Assembly: GCA_030141605.1 (NCBI GenBank)
Contig: JAQGDQ010000117.1
Span: forward strand, 434,001 to 498,000
Length of the DNA stretch: 64,000 bases
Source: Tubiluchus corallicola
Taxonomy: Eukaryota > Animalia > Priapulida
Reading direction: 5' to 3'
Shown here: one piece after another, positions 23,151 to 37,796 of the stretch
Layout of the letters: each line of letters opens with the position of its first letter
Position numbering within the stretch: the stretch's first letter is position 1
Notes under the pieces: generated by a model
Seen by the model: the letters and a program-made list of their open reading frames with translations, nothing else
Database searches by the model: none
Told to the model about the DNA's origin: nothing
Program-made: the position numbers and the translations under genes

Positions 23151-23941
23151 ACACAGCGCTTTCACTGAAACACTTCGTGAACAGTTGCGTTTAACCTCTT
23201 GCTGACCATAAACACGAAGCCCGTGAACGCGGCAGTCGACGCTCGTGATTCTGTATGCACAATAAGAAACGTCTAAGATGCACGGCCATGCACGTGGTGT
23301 TGATTGGACGCGATGTTGAAGCTAATAAATCCGAATATCGCGCGCAGGCTATACGTCGACTAGAGTCCGTGAGAAGTGTATACCAAACATGGGCTTCACC
23401 GAGACGTATACTTTATCTTATTAAACCCAAACTAGTTCTCTGTGTTTTTCGTGTTTCACCCATGATTTTAGTTTGCGCAGTTCAGTCACTAAGTGCAAGC
23501 TTTGTGTTCAAGGCGGTTGTGTCAGTTTGCTTTGTTGAACATTTTGTTTTAATCGTACACGTTGTAGAGGCAGAAAAATCGAAATGAACTAATTCAATTG
23601 TTGGCTGTTTTGTAGGATTATCACACCCTAGGCAATTGCGACAGAGCAATAAGATCATCACACAGTAATTCGACAAAGCAAGTTTGTCTTTATCTGTTAA
23701 CTATAATGTACTTTGATTTGAAGTGCGACAGAAAAGGTCAAAAAACATTCGAAACTGTCACTTTAACCCCATGGGCCATAAGGCCCACAATAAGGTCAAG
23801 GGTGTATGTGAATTTCTCTATCGTAAACAGTGGATTTTTGTAATTTTTGGAAATACCATATTTTTATGCTTTTGCCGAAGTACTTTACCAAAGAGCGGTT
23901 GCCTAGCACCAACGCAATTCCAGTCTAAGCGACATACGAGG

Positions 23942-24002
23942 ATGAGCCAGTGGACGCGTGTTCTGTTCATTGCTTCGGCACTGATTTTAATTTTAGAAAC
24001 AG
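23942..24002 (+). CDS. Probable exon 1 (signal peptide) of the nAChR alpha subunit
   Basis: MSQWTRVLFIASALILILET(D), strong donor AG|gtaagt, phase 1 matching the phase-1 acceptor at 45766. I saw no better signal-peptide exon in between. Confidence 0.65.
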
Positions 24003-24421
24003 GTAAGTCCAAGTAAAGCCTGAGGGTTATGTACCGTTTAATTTCACAGACTACTAACATTGTAATAGAGAAATATAAGTGCGAAGAAAGGCTTAAATGA
24101 CTAAAATAAAAATAAATTAACGGATATCTGACAAAATAAGAGCGGCGTTTCCTGGGGTAAAATAAATAAATTTTAATCTTCTGATCGAAATTCATCGTTT
24201 TGTTTACCTCTGCTAAATGAGAAAATTCCATACCTTTGCAGATCAAAACTCTATTACAAGTGTGCACCACTTAATTCAATGCTCCCCAATAAATTTAGAA
24301 TTTTCTTTATTTTTCACTTTAATCATTTTGTCATCTCGCTTCTTCTTTCTTTCCCATTGTAATTGTGTCTCTTTTTGTTCATTTTGTTCTTTAAGTGTGT
24401 TTTCTCATTTCTACATCTTCC

Positions 24422-24615
24422 TGGTGATGATGGTGACGACGACGATGACGATAACGCCGACTATTATGAAAGTGATGATGATGGTGATGATAATGGTGAT
24501 GACGATAATGATAATGATGATGAGGATGATGGCGATGGCGATGGCGGCGATCATGACGATGATAGTGGTTATGGATGGCGGCTGTGATAGTGGTGGTAAT
24601 GGTGGTGATGATTAT
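24422..24615. repeat. Degenerate (GAT/GAC/GGT)n trinucleotide repeat
   Basis: Directly visible. Confidence 0.9.
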
Positions 24616-27600
24616 GGCGTTTTATATACCACTCAATCTTTAACTTTTTTCGTCCAGCGTGTTTTCAACTGGATTCAAAAAATCTGAGCGTTGGCTAAGA
24701 AGCTTTTTGTTTAAAACATGCGTAGTCCAAGGTCTTTAGGTTTAATAAGTAAACATTTGAGTGACAGTGTTTCATATACTTGATTTACATGGTTTATAAT
24801 CTTTTTGTATTTCATGCGTATAATGAAGCTAGCCTTATGATTCAGACGGTTCATCTAATCAAAACAGTTTTCATTTGGTACGGCAAACTGTTAACCTCCA
24901 AACAGCTGGCTTCCTATTATTAAATGCATATTGAGCACGACCTTTAGTTGCTTATACTAGTAGAACTAAGCTTCTCGTACAGCCCTTCATCACTTTATCA
25001 ACTCAAATATCGAACCAAACTTGAGTGTGTAACGTGTATTGTAGAATATCTTCTTCACATCGATAGTCTAATCCAGCACAGCTTTTCAGTACGGTGTTAT
25101 GGTCTTGACAAAATTCACTCTGCATCATTGTTGAAGTGCTAATATTACTACTTTTAAAAACCACTTCCAGTTCACAGAATCGGCCGAATAGAAAACCATT
25201 TGACTGCTGTTTGTAAGAACGTAATCGTAGACAGAAGAATAAAAGATATAATCGAAGACGAAGAAATTCAATTTATGCAGGCGAACGTTATAAAGCGGGT
25301 TGCCGGATTAACGCTGTTGCTGTCTTTGTGATTGACAGGAGCTGGTTGGTACAATAAAAGAGCCTACAGTTTTTCGGTCCAGCAACACCAATGGTTAAGC
25401 TCTTCTATATATTTTATTATATATCTACATATATTGTGATAACATGCCCTGCCTTTTCCTCAGCGTCCTCTTCTATTCCGCCCACCGCACTTGTAATGTG
25501 GTGTCCCGACTCTTCTAGATTTGTCCGTCCTTTTCTGTCCTGTTTTTTCCTATTCCAATCGGTACATCCTTTTCTGTGAGGTCGATATTTGTCATGTTTA
25601 AAAAGCCGTGTTACGGTTTTTTGAAGACGTTTTGAAACTTTATTTGTCTGTTTTGCTTTGTAAACTTTTGTTGAAAAACTATCTTGGTTCTGTGGTTTTG
25701 GTTCTGATTTGGGCTATGTGTAAAAATAATTCCATAACTCTTATGTAAACTATCTAATAAACTATGGACTAAACGCAAAATTTTTACTAATGAAATATAA
25801 GTGCAAATGACGGATATGTGGATGATGTTTAGCCTTTTTATTTAGCAAGCTTATGGCATGAAAAAAAGTCCATTCCGATCTCCTTCTCTGTTTTTATCAG
25901 CAACAGACAACCGCCTATTGCTGATTAGAATATTGAAGATTATAAGAACACTGAAAAAGGAGCATCATCTATGTATCCGTGACCCGCCAATTACATTTAC
26001 ATTTATTTAAGTGGTTATGCATGCCAAATCTATTATTTTTAATACTTATTATACACCAACCCTTTATTTACGTAGTGTAATATTTGTACATTACAGCAAA
26101 TTATTAGCTCAATTGTTATATTTTATTTTATTAGTATGCAACGTCGGTAGGGACGTCGTAGGCACAAGTTGCTGTAACTTCACAATAGTTTTACCTGCTT
26201 TAGGTAATCTCGCTTGTATTTCATCCAGATTTATTTCTGGCGTTTTGCAGATTTCGCGCTTTGCTGGGGACTCAAGTAAGCACAGCAGGTTTACATATTT
26301 ACATACGTAATTCTCGACTGAGCGCAAAACTAAAAAAGTAAAGTTATAATGAACGAGGAAACGTGTGTTACAACCAGTTAACAAATCACTGTAAACTTTA
26401 TCTAAACACAACAACCAACTAAGAAAATGAATTTTGATATTTTCTTCTATCTATTATATGGTAATCAATGCGACCCTTCTGTTGTATGTTGTATGCGGAT
26501 TATCTGAGTATCATTAATCATCCTCATCATCGATTCATCTATCATATCAATTCACCATCCTGCTCCAACTGCTTCTCACCATTCCTTCTTCTTTGCACAT
26601 GTTCTTCTTCTTGTCACTGGCTGTTATCGTCTTAGTTTCATCAAAAAACTGACACATGTATAGTCTCACCAATCATTGTACTTCTTAACGTTACATGTCA
26701 TGACTGCCTTCACGTGAAAAAGTTTTATACAGGTTTCATAAAAACCTGTTAGCTGATCACATAGTGCAATAGTTAATGACCGTGTGTGCATCCATTTTAA
26801 ACATTGTTGTACTAATAAATACAGTTTAAACCAACGTAAATAAACACAGTTTATATAAATGTATTTACAATGGCCGGCGGTCTGTCTTTTTTGGGGATGA
26901 TATTTCTACCCAAGCAATTAAATTCTGTCAAGAAACTTGTACATGTTATTGCAGTTTTATTTTTGCATGATTTCAGCCATTCATATGTCTCATAATTTAC
27001 AAATGCCACTTTCAGTTTTAATTGTTATTTTTTTTATTTTTGTTTATTTGGTCTAAGGGCAAGTACGAGTAAATATATATGTGCGATGGTATGAAAACAA
27101 ACTGTACTGTTTTTAGTGTATTCACTTTTCAGGCCTTCCATGCTTACGCATCACAAGTTGGCAGTATTTATGCGCGACTATGTAACAGCTCACAGCCTTA
27201 GAATTACGCTTATAGCAAAGCTCCATCCACTTTTGAGTTGAATCTTAGCATTACAAGCCAAAGCCAAATACTTGCATCGTCATTGACAAATTTCCTGTTT
27301 TACCAAATCATGATTTATTATCGCAATGATGATAAAAATTTCTCAGGAATAAAATATTTGTGTGATTTACACACGTTTTACAGCACGTAGCTTATATGCA
27401 CGTATATAGCCCGTCAATATAAAAAAACGTTTCGTTTACGAGAGCAAATGATTTCTTATAATGTGGTTTATTTGACGGACTGACTGAAGTAGTGTAATGT
27501 TGGATTTAAGTAATAAACGTGTGCACGCGACTTTTTGTTCACAATCCATACAACATCTGTGTTTAAATTACCTTTTCTGAAACTCGAGTCCCTGAATCAT

Positions 27601-28084
27601 GCTGCGTTTTTTATCAGTCCCGAAAATTTAAAAAAAAAGCATTTCTTAATTACAATTGGAATGAAACGCCCATTAGTAAATCTTCACGTAATAATTTAAA
27701 TAAACAGCTCGTTGTCTCATCAGCGTCAATTTTATTCAAAATTTGTAAAACCTCAGAGCACCAGACTGCTAGAATTTTAATAGCTAAAGGCATTGCGATT
27801 TAAATAAACACGTCAATTCGTTTCTTGTTAATATATTAATCACGCAGTATTTTTGTTTATTTTATTCTATATCTTACCTTATTATCGAGATTGTTCGCAC
27901 ATCACTTTTCTCTACAAAGCAATGTGTTTTACCTTAAACTGCGCCTTTTATGTTTTGTTCGTTATCTTTACCAACTTATTATGATTTAAATAAGTATGAT
28001 ATCGATATGTCTTAAAATTGCATGTAAGTTGTTATTAAATTTTCAACAAATAGCATGAGAAAATTAAAATCAAATTTGTGCGAT

Positions 28085-28398
28085 GGGCGCCTCACATTGG
28101 GTCCTATAAGGCCTATAGGCATCTCACACTGGGTCCCAATAGGCATCTCACACTGAGTCTGTATGGAGTATCTCACACTGGGTGCCTATAGGCATCTCAC
28201 ACTGGGTCTCTATGGGCATCTCACACTAAGTTTCTATAAGAATCTCTCACTGAGTTTCAATGGGGTATCTCAAACTACGTTCTATAGGCATCTCACACTG
28301 GGTCCCCATAGGAATCTCGCACTGGATCTATATTGATATCTCACACTGGGTCTCTATGGGTTTATCTCACTGGGGCTCTATGAAAATCACACACTGTC
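28085..28398. repeat. Minisatellite, ~23-bp unit (taggcatctcacactgggtctct), ~12-13 copies
   Basis: Head-to-tail degenerate copies without unique spacers. Confidence 0.9.
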
Positions 28399-30569
28399 TA
28401 TCGCAAAAGCTGTGACTCTTCTGACCATTCCGCCTACATTGTAAAACTAAAAACGATTTTGTTGATGAAATTTTGTGTCTTAATCCACCTAGAAATGAAA
28501 TATTAGCAGAAATTACTAAAATTTAATTAAAAAGTCGATCTTCGGGAATAATTCTCCGCGCAGATTAGAAGTCATATGGTCACGTCCTGAAATCATCAGT
28601 TTCCCGGTTTTTGTCCTTGACTTTGAAAAATTGTCGTCCTTGGTGTCGTTTATGTCAAAGGATGGCGTCGTTTTCTAGAAAGATCTAATTACTGTCTGCG
28701 GAGTTTTTCTTCACACGAACAGAGGCAAAAGCGGCTTACACAAAGTATCATGTTAAATTATAAAGCAATATGTAATCTGTGGTCTAGCACACATAGACAC
28801 GCGTGGGGGATTAACAATTGGACATTTGACGTCGTTGCAATGTTTCATTGACACAAAACTAATGAGACTTGACCATTGTAAGTCAGAGCTTGAAGAATAA
28901 TATATAGAGCCTCATTAGTATATGGTTAGTTAGCTAGTTATGTCTGCTAAATAAGCTATAGCGGATCATGCATAATTGTGAAGTTATCGATTTATTGCAA
29001 GCATTATGCTGCTTTCATGTCATGTCCTGACAACGGTAACGGCTGTGAATCTGAATGGTTGGAGAAATCTTTCGAAGCACTGAGCTGTCACAGTGATGTA
29101 ACACAAGTTAGTTCATCCCAGTTTACTTCATTTTTGAGTTGCGTCAGCATTTCTCTAGTAGAGTCACCACCTCAGGGTTTTCTTGTTAAGCGAGAATTTC
29201 GTTGCAATAGAGTTAAACAGAAGCTCTATTGGTGGAATCCACAAATTGATTCCAGTTTTTCTCGAGACGAATAAAACGAAAACCAATTGCTATTTTCATG
29301 GCACAAATCGTCTGTAATCATGACCGTCTAACAGACTCTGTAAAAAATTATAGACTGATGATTTAACTGGTGTGAACGGTGTCATTGTATCAAAACTAAA
29401 TGTCTTACCAATCTTTCTACTCTGTATTCGTTTTTATAAGCACCCATTGACTTCAAAGCATTTGTTTTGATATCTGCAGCCACACTTGAAGGAGTCGTAG
29501 CTTCAGCAAAGGTATCATCAACGTAAACGTTAAATAATTGAGTCAAACCCAAGCAAACATCAGACTGAGCAGAAAGAGAAGAAACACTCATACGCACAGA
29601 CGTTGCACAATACTGTGATGGGAAAGAAGGAAAAAGGATATAAGCAAGATCAGTCTTCATTTAAAAAGTGACGGGTTGATCTCGGGATTCTCGGCCCTAG
29701 TTCTAAATCAGTTGCAATCATATACGTGAGACGAAGCTAATAGGGAGCTTTCCAGCGGGAAACTGTGGCAAGTAGCATTCAGAGTTTTCCGGTGTTCATA
29801 TTAATTATAAGTAGAATACATACGGTTTGCAGAAGAGCGGCTAAGCCAAAATTCCTAGACGCTTAATTACTAATGGATGGCATTCGGTTCCTAACATGAG
29901 TAGTACTAATTGGGTGATTTGGGTCATTCGTTGAAAAATTTTAGTTAATTAGAAATGGTTTTGCACTCCAATCAGCACTCCGGTTGCCTAAATTCGTCGA
30001 CAAACGGTTTTCAACTGCGGAAACTGCGGTCATTCTTAGTTTTTCCGCCCCGTTCTCCAAGCGAGATTCCGATTTGTGCACTGCGCATGCTAATGTCAGT
30101 ATCTATCGCTACAATAAAGAACTAGAAATAGACACCAAAGAAACATGCACATGAAATACTCCCCCTTTCCGGTACAGGTTTGGCGAACCAAAATAATCTA
30201 CCGTCGTTGCAGAAACCTAGCTTCTTATTGTTGTTTAATCAGTTTTATCGTCGTAACAAACAATTAAGCGATAAACATTTTAAAAGTTAGGTGGAAACAG
30301 TAACAAAAAGCTGGACATCCCAAAAATTTTATACTTTATGTATGATAGTGATGTTGAGTATAGAGTGAGTCAGTTTTTGACGGCTTTTTATGACAAGGCT
30401 ACAGAAAACCACAATTGCTTGTATACCTTATCCATTATGGCGCCTAAAGGTCAAAATTATTTGAATTGTATACTGTATGGCTGTAGTATTGTTGTACCCC
30501 AAGTTTTAATTTATATGTAAGAAATGTGTACGTCAAGCTTTTCACAACTGTGCGTGGTAGTAATGTTTT

Positions 30570-30667
30570 GCTTTTATTTATTTATTCATTTATTTATTAT
30601 AGTAATATGTTATGAGGGTAGCTCCCCCAGTGCTTAGCAATGCTATCCAAAGAACCGTCAATTATTT

Positions 30668-30725
<58 letters not shown>

Positions 30726-32200
30726 ATTGAATAGCCTAATGTCACATATAAGTTACCGTTATTTATCTTGTTATTTCATTTATTTTGTACTTAACTTAAT
30801 TTTGTGTTTCTTTTAATATGTATATGTATATATATATATATATATATACATATCACTCATGCAAATACATTACAATAGGCTGCATTTACGATTATCTGAC
30901 ACAATAAAATAATTATCAAATAGTAAATATAATCATAACTATCATTAAAAGAAACACAAAATTAAGTTAAGTACAAAATAAATGAAATAACAAGATAAAT
31001 AACGGTAACTTATATGTGACATTAGGCTATTCAATACACAAAAAATAAGTTTAAGCAAATCTTTTGAAAGTATCTGAAGATGGTGCGTCCTTCATATATT
31101 TTGGGAGAGTATTCCAAAGCTTAGCCGCTGAGTAATAAAATCTACGCTTATCAAGCTCAAGCTTAACAATAACAACATTTATAATTGTGACCTTGTGACA
31201 TGGTAAGGATTTAGGAACACTGGTGATAAATTGAAATTTCTGACTCAGATAAATTGGAGAAGCATTATTTAAGCATTTTTACATCATTATTGTTATCAGA
31301 TGATCTCTTCTCTGTTTTACTTTCATTAATTTTAATTTATTATACTTGTCATTTACATGGTAATCTCGGGTACTACAATTCAGGATTATTCTCAATGCTC
31401 TGTTCTGTAATTTTAAATGCGGCCAATATATTTATCAAATGTGATGCTACAGAACAATAATCTATATGCGACATTAAGATAGTATTAAACAACATTTTAA
31501 GGGTATGCTGTTGGACTTTTAAAACCCAGGTTTTGTGTCATATTTTACCAGTAATTTTGTCAACATGTTTGTTCCATTTTAAATTAGGGTCAAACTGATC
31601 TGCTAGACGTTTCATATTACTGGCAATTTCAATTTGACATTCATTTAGTAATAAATTAAATTCAGTAATGTCTTTGAATTTTCTACTTGTCCCGAACAAC
31701 ATTGCGTTAGTTTTGTTCGTATTTCAAGTTAGCTCGTTGTCATTCATCCAGACTGAAATATTACTAAGGTCATTATTCAAATCAGTTCTGAGAGTGTTTA
31801 AACAATTTGAGTTTGACATAATAGCAGTATCATCAGCATATAACACTATTTTTCTGTGGTGTACCATTTTTATAATGTCATTAATAAACATTATAAATAA
31901 CAAAGGGCCTAAAATGGAGCCTTGTGGCACCCCCACAGATATTTTACAAAAGTTAGGCATTGCACTATTAACAACAATACTTTGTTTTTTACCGAGAAAG
32001 AGGGACTCTCTACTCATACAAGTAGTTTGTAAACCAAGTCAATTGGATGTCAAACTGTTTTTTCAAGTTTCTGAATTAATATTTGGTGATTTACGATGTC
32101 AAATGAGTTTTTAAAACACCTGTATATTCACAATTGTTCATATTTGTTAAAATGTAACATTTTACATTGACAATGGTTATCATCATAACAATTAATTAAC
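30570..32200 (-). mobile_element. CR1/L2-clade LINE, 5'-truncated and degraded
   Basis: GVPQGSILGPLLFIMFIND...LYADDTA reverse transcriptase motifs (32017-31724); further ORF2 C-terminal remnants to ~31050; (AAAT)n-like tail near 30575-30600. Confidence 0.9.
30721..31040. repeat. Perfect 97-bp inverted repeat (arms 30721-30817 and 30944-31040)
   Basis: The arms are exact reverse complements by manual comparison; flanked by (TA)n/(TG)n tracts. Confidence 0.9.
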
Positions 32201-34239
32201 ATGTATTTCTTTCAGAAAGCTGGATAACTAATCATGAACAAATTTTTCAATGTGCGCCCGTGTGTGTGCGCGCGCGCGTGCGTCGGCCTGTAATTATTTG
32301 GTTATTCCTTCTCTTATACTCTGTTTTATTATTTGGTGTAATTAATTTTATTGTTTACTCTATGAGCTGCTTTTTATGTTAATTGACCAGTTAATTAACA
32401 AGTGCAAGCCTCTCCTTTAAAACCCGGACCAGCAAGAATCTGGCTTATTAATTTTTATCTCTACATACATAGTTAATAATATGAAACGTCCGAGTTCATT
32501 TGCAACTAACTTTTGAATGTCAACTAAATATTTTGATTAGTTTTAATAACACTGCACTTACAATGGTATAGAGAGTTTTTACAACATCATACAATTTAAA
32601 CGATTTTGATCTTTGGGTGTCGCAAAGATACAGTAGTTTACAAGCAGTTGTGGTTTTCTATGACTATCTCAGTTGCCCCACACTTACAGCAGGGCTATTC
32701 TAATTTCGAATACAATCTTGCGGGATAACTTGTGCGACTTTTGTTTTTGCAGTACCTAATTTTTACACTATATTTTACGTGAAATTGGACACTAGTGTCC
32801 TAGTGTTGCATGTTCAATCGGAAATTGCGCAGAGGAACTCCATTCAGGGAAAACAGCGCCAGACTAACAGATTTCTTAGGCATAATCAAAGTCAATATTT
32901 GAAAAGCGAAATCAGAGACAAACGCCGAGGTCAGGCGAATCATGATGTCTCTCGTAGCTTTTATAATAGTGGTATGAATTGCTAATTGGATTCAGGATGA
33001 CTCACTGAGTCCTCTAGTAGAGGATAAGGCTGTTGAACTTGGACATAAGTTATTAACTTAAAAACAATTGAAAAAAGACGGCAGTATATTAAGTTCGCAA
33101 AACTTATGTTGTACAGTTGATTTTTGGCAAAACTTTTATGTAATCGCGTATCTCAGATATGACTAACCAAAATCAAACTAAGTTCATCAACTCGAAGCGT
33201 CGAGGGCAACTTACATGTGAACGCCATTGCGATTTCGAAACACCTGAAAAAGGATAACAGAACTTTTCTAAACATTGTGTAAGCACATTCTATTTGACAA
33301 ATATCCTCTGTAACTCCTTGATCTGTGGCGTTCGAAAGGTCAGAGTCACCATAAGTTTCATCAGCCCAAAAAACGAGTTTTAAAAACCCGCAAGTGGTTT
33401 CTTTTCAAGACCAACAGCTAAGAAAGTTCACTCAGCAACTTAATAACACTTAGCAGCAGGTGGCTCGAGTTTCCTCTAGACACGATGGTTTCTAATTATT
33501 TAAGTTAATTTATAATAAGTTAACAGCTTTGTGACAGCTATAGGACAATCTATCTATCATTGGAAAACCCGACATATTTTGGAGTTACAGCTTTCAAATC
33601 ACTGTTTGAAATCAATATCGGGATATAAACGTTTACGTAAAACTCTCGAAGATGTACTTTCGTAATGCTGCCATAATTGCTTTCCCTGTCAGTAGCGTGA
33701 AGAATTATAAAGCAATTTAACAACAAAATCGGCAGCATAAGTTAAGCTCATAGCAGACTATGATGTTTAATACTCTGAAATGTGAAGCTTGAAAACTTGT
33801 CGAGGATTTTGCCCATAATTTAGCTTGTTCAGTAATGCGACAAAAAGTGTCAGTTTCAAAAATGAACTTCGGTCAGGGAATAGGGGTATTGAACCCACAA
33901 AGGTATTGCAATATTTTAAGGATTAATATTACTAGAAAGGTGCCAAAAGTAGTTATTGTGCGTAGTTTCCTGTTGCCATACCAATACTTTTACTGAACTT
34001 GAGGTACAGGAGAAAATACAACTGCTGTTGCCATTATTAATAAAATTAATAATTATCCATGAACACTAGTTGAAACATGGATTTCAAAACAATTCACAAG
34101 CTGACAAGAGATAAGATAAGAAAAGATATTATCCAACATAACTTAAAGCTTGTTTACAACAAGGTCCTGATCGGTGTACAGCTTGCAAACAATATTCAGG
34201 CTAATCAGCCAAGAGACACATATTTTGTACAAAAACGAA

Positions 34240-36660
34240 ACGTGTCAAATTTAAAAGCAGCTCAAAAAGACGAAATTCATAAAGCACAATACAATTAATT
34301 AGAATAACACTCTTGATAAAAAGCTTTAAGGTGACCCTTAAACAAGTTAATATTGCTACTGCTCTTTAATTGAATTGACAAAGAATTCCATACTGTAGCC
34401 CCCCCCCCGTAGTTTAGAGATTTTTGTTTAGCTTGTTTTAGGTATAACGGTATTTGTAATTCATTTTCTGTGGCTGTCCCGATTCTATACTGATGCGAAT
34501 GTTCAAAAAAGTGTTAATTTTGGTCACTTTTAAGTACTTTATACATAAAGCACGCCATATGCCATATGCATTTGCCGTCGGATTTCCAGTGGTAACCAGT
34601 TTAGTTCTCTGTGTATGGTGATTATGTGTTCGCGTGGGTCACATTTTAAAATAATCCGTGGAACTCTATTACGCATGATTTGTAATCTGCTCAGCAACAT
34701 GGTTCCAGCCGACGAATAAACAGTATCACAGTAGTTAAAATTGGATAGTATTAAACAGTTATGAATCAGCATTGCAGCACGTGGCGTGGGTTTTGACGAA
34801 ATCTATGAAAATAACCAATCTTTTTGTTTATCTTACTTATCAAGAAATTTATATGAGCTGTAAATTTTAAACTAGAATCAATTACACCTAAGTATTTTGT
34901 GGTGGTTACAGAATTTAGATGCTTATTATCATAAGACAGTTGAATATTAAGATATTCTGAAGACGCAAGTTCTTGATCAGTGCCAAACAACATTACATTA
35001 GTTTTATCTAAATTTAAAACTAATTTATTTCTGAAGAGCCAGTCTGACGCTTTTCCAAGTTCATCCGAATGGACTTTGGTTATTGTCTGAAGTGATTTAT
35101 GCTGGTAGGTCAGTACTGTGTCATCAGCATACATTAAACAACCAGGGTGTTTGCAAGCTTGAGGAAGATCATTGATGTACAGAATAAATAAAAGAGGACC
35201 GAGAATCGAACCCTGAGTAACCCGAATTTCAATTTTACTAGACAGTGACACTATGCCCTGGTATGATACATGCTGCTCTCTTCCAAACAGGTAATTATGA
35301 AACCAACTGTAAGCTTGTTCAGAAATTTACTAATTTACTAATTTATTCACCATTATGCTCAAATTTACAGTAACAAAAGTGTTCCGAAGATCTAGGAAAA
35401 CAGCACCAGTTAGTAAGCCTTGATCCATGCCTTTATATATATATATATACATATATTCAGAAAACTCATGCAGCGCAATTACAGTTGAAAGACCGGGTCT
35501 AAAACCAAACTGAATATTATTAATCACTGCATGGTCGGTTAGTAGTCATAGAATTAGGCATGGGCAATTTTTCAACTATTATTAGCATTGTTCTTAGATG
35601 GTAAAAAACTTTTTAATGTTTTACAAAGTTTTTTAGCATTTGAACCATGTAATTCTATTTTGTCAAGGTACTACGATTCTCTTGCTTGACGAATCACAGA
35701 CGTTACAATATTCTGTAAGAGACTAAAATGCATCCAGTAGTCGGGAGTTCCATTAGTTCTGGCTTTTTTATGGTAATACTCTCTCACGTTCATAAGAGAA
35801 ATAATGTCATTAGTGATCCAAGGCTGATATGCTCCTTTAAATTTCTTGTAATAAAAGGGCATGTTTGTTGCAAATACTGAGAAAATTTTCATTAAAATTT
35901 AGCTTCCGTTCGTGAACATTATCACATATAGTAAATTATTCCAGTTTGCTGTTCGTATATCACCGAGGAAGGCATTTTCATCAAAATGTTTATAGCAGCG
36001 GAAAGTTCTGATAACCGGCTTCAGTTACAGAGATTTTTCTTATGCAGTAAACCATATGATGAACACTTAGTTCATAACACCAGACTTGCAAATACAATCA
36101 CCATTTGAAGCCAAGATATAGTCAATTAGGGTGTTTGTTTTAGAATTTAGATGATTTACGAATTGTGTCTGAACTAATTTGCGTTATACCATGGACTTTA
36201 ATTATTCTAGAAATTTCGCTAGGAATGTTTGGTTTCTGCAAATAAAATTTAAATCACCAATGATAATTAGCTCAGTATTATTTATTTGTGACATTTGACT
36301 ATCAAAGTCTTTTCTAAAAGTTTCAATATTGCCCTTAGAATGAGGTCTATACAAAGAAGCTATAGTAACTGCAATACTGTTTTCTTGAATTTTGTATCTA
36401 CATAGAGTGATTCATGAATAACACTTTTATCGGGATCTAAACGGTCAGATACATAATTACATAGCCATGCCTCCACCCTCACGATTTCTGTCGTCTCTGT
36501 ATAAGTAGTAGCCACCTACATTTACTTCACTATCCAATATATCAGGACTTAATCAAGCCGCACTTAAACATAAGACTTCACAACTTTGATGCTTTTAAAT
36601 AGTGTCTGATTTGATCGATTTTAGAGAGTAAACTGTGTATGTTAAGATGAGCTATTTTCA
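34240..36660 (-). mobile_element. CR1/L2-clade LINE with near full-length but degraded ORF2 (APE endonuclease + RT)
   Basis: APE motifs YRDDRNREGGG, YRPH, IIGDLN, TLIDYIL; RT motifs QFGFRPGLST, AVFLDL, QGSILGPLLFILYINDL, YADDT, KYLGV; C-terminal ELNWLPL. Multiple stops and frameshifts. Confidence 0.92.
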
Positions 36661-37537
36661 AACCTTTGTTTTGCTGTTATGGTTCAAATATGTTAAATTT
36701 GGCTGTTCCATCTCCTTGGTGACTGGTTAAATCTAGTTTTGTAACGTCGTCTGCAACATGATGCTCTGGCTTCGGCGACAACAATGGCATTGTTCTCTTT
36801 GCTAGTACATTCGCGTCACAGTCTTCATTGTCTGTAACTCGGATAGGTGACAATGCAGGCATAGAACAGTCACTGGCTTTACTTTGATTAACATGTATTC
36901 GTAAAACTAGCGACAGTGATGACATTCATTGATACATCTGTTGAAACGTCAAGATAGCTAATTGCAGCATTTCCTGTATAACGGGCAAGCGACAGAACTG
37001 GCATCAAAACATGGCTGGTATTGAAATGTCCATCACGAGTAGGTAGTTGAGTGGGTGTCCCTGATTTTACAGGCCGAAATTCAGAAGTGTTTGTAAGATA
37101 ACCTCCGTCAACGGCTAAGGGTTGGGGCCTGGATGTTTTGCAATCGCAAGTATCATTAGCAAGAATTTGCAATTAAAAACAAGCCGAGAAAGTTTTTGAT
37201 TTCACGTTGGTTGTAGTGCTGACATTTTTACATCTTGCGGAATGTTACTGTTTTAGTATAAGAGTTTTGCACGAACTGAAGCAACATAATTATACTGGTT
37301 TGCTAAAAACTAGTTTTTCCGAGTTCTGGTTAGATCATACAAAGATGTTCAGCAGAATAATTAGATACATTACATGCAGCATTCTTCTCTGACATTTAAG
37401 AGATGATTAACGTACATAAAAAACTAATGCGTTAGCTATTATGTAGGCCTAGTACATTTAACTGCCAAAGGCAGATCACTGTACGCAACTTCAAAAGTTA
37501 ACAAAACCGGGTTAATAAGACATGTAACGAACAGGCA

Positions 37538-37796
<259 letters not shown>

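Noticed and set aside
24217-24687. Met-rich and Asp-rich ORFs
   Set aside because: Products of a (GAT)n-type repeat in the nAChR intron.
28085-28398. CRISPR-like array (also 15578-15862 and 59450-59614)
   Set aside because: Head-to-tail repeats with no unique spacers, no cas genes, and a eukaryotic context.
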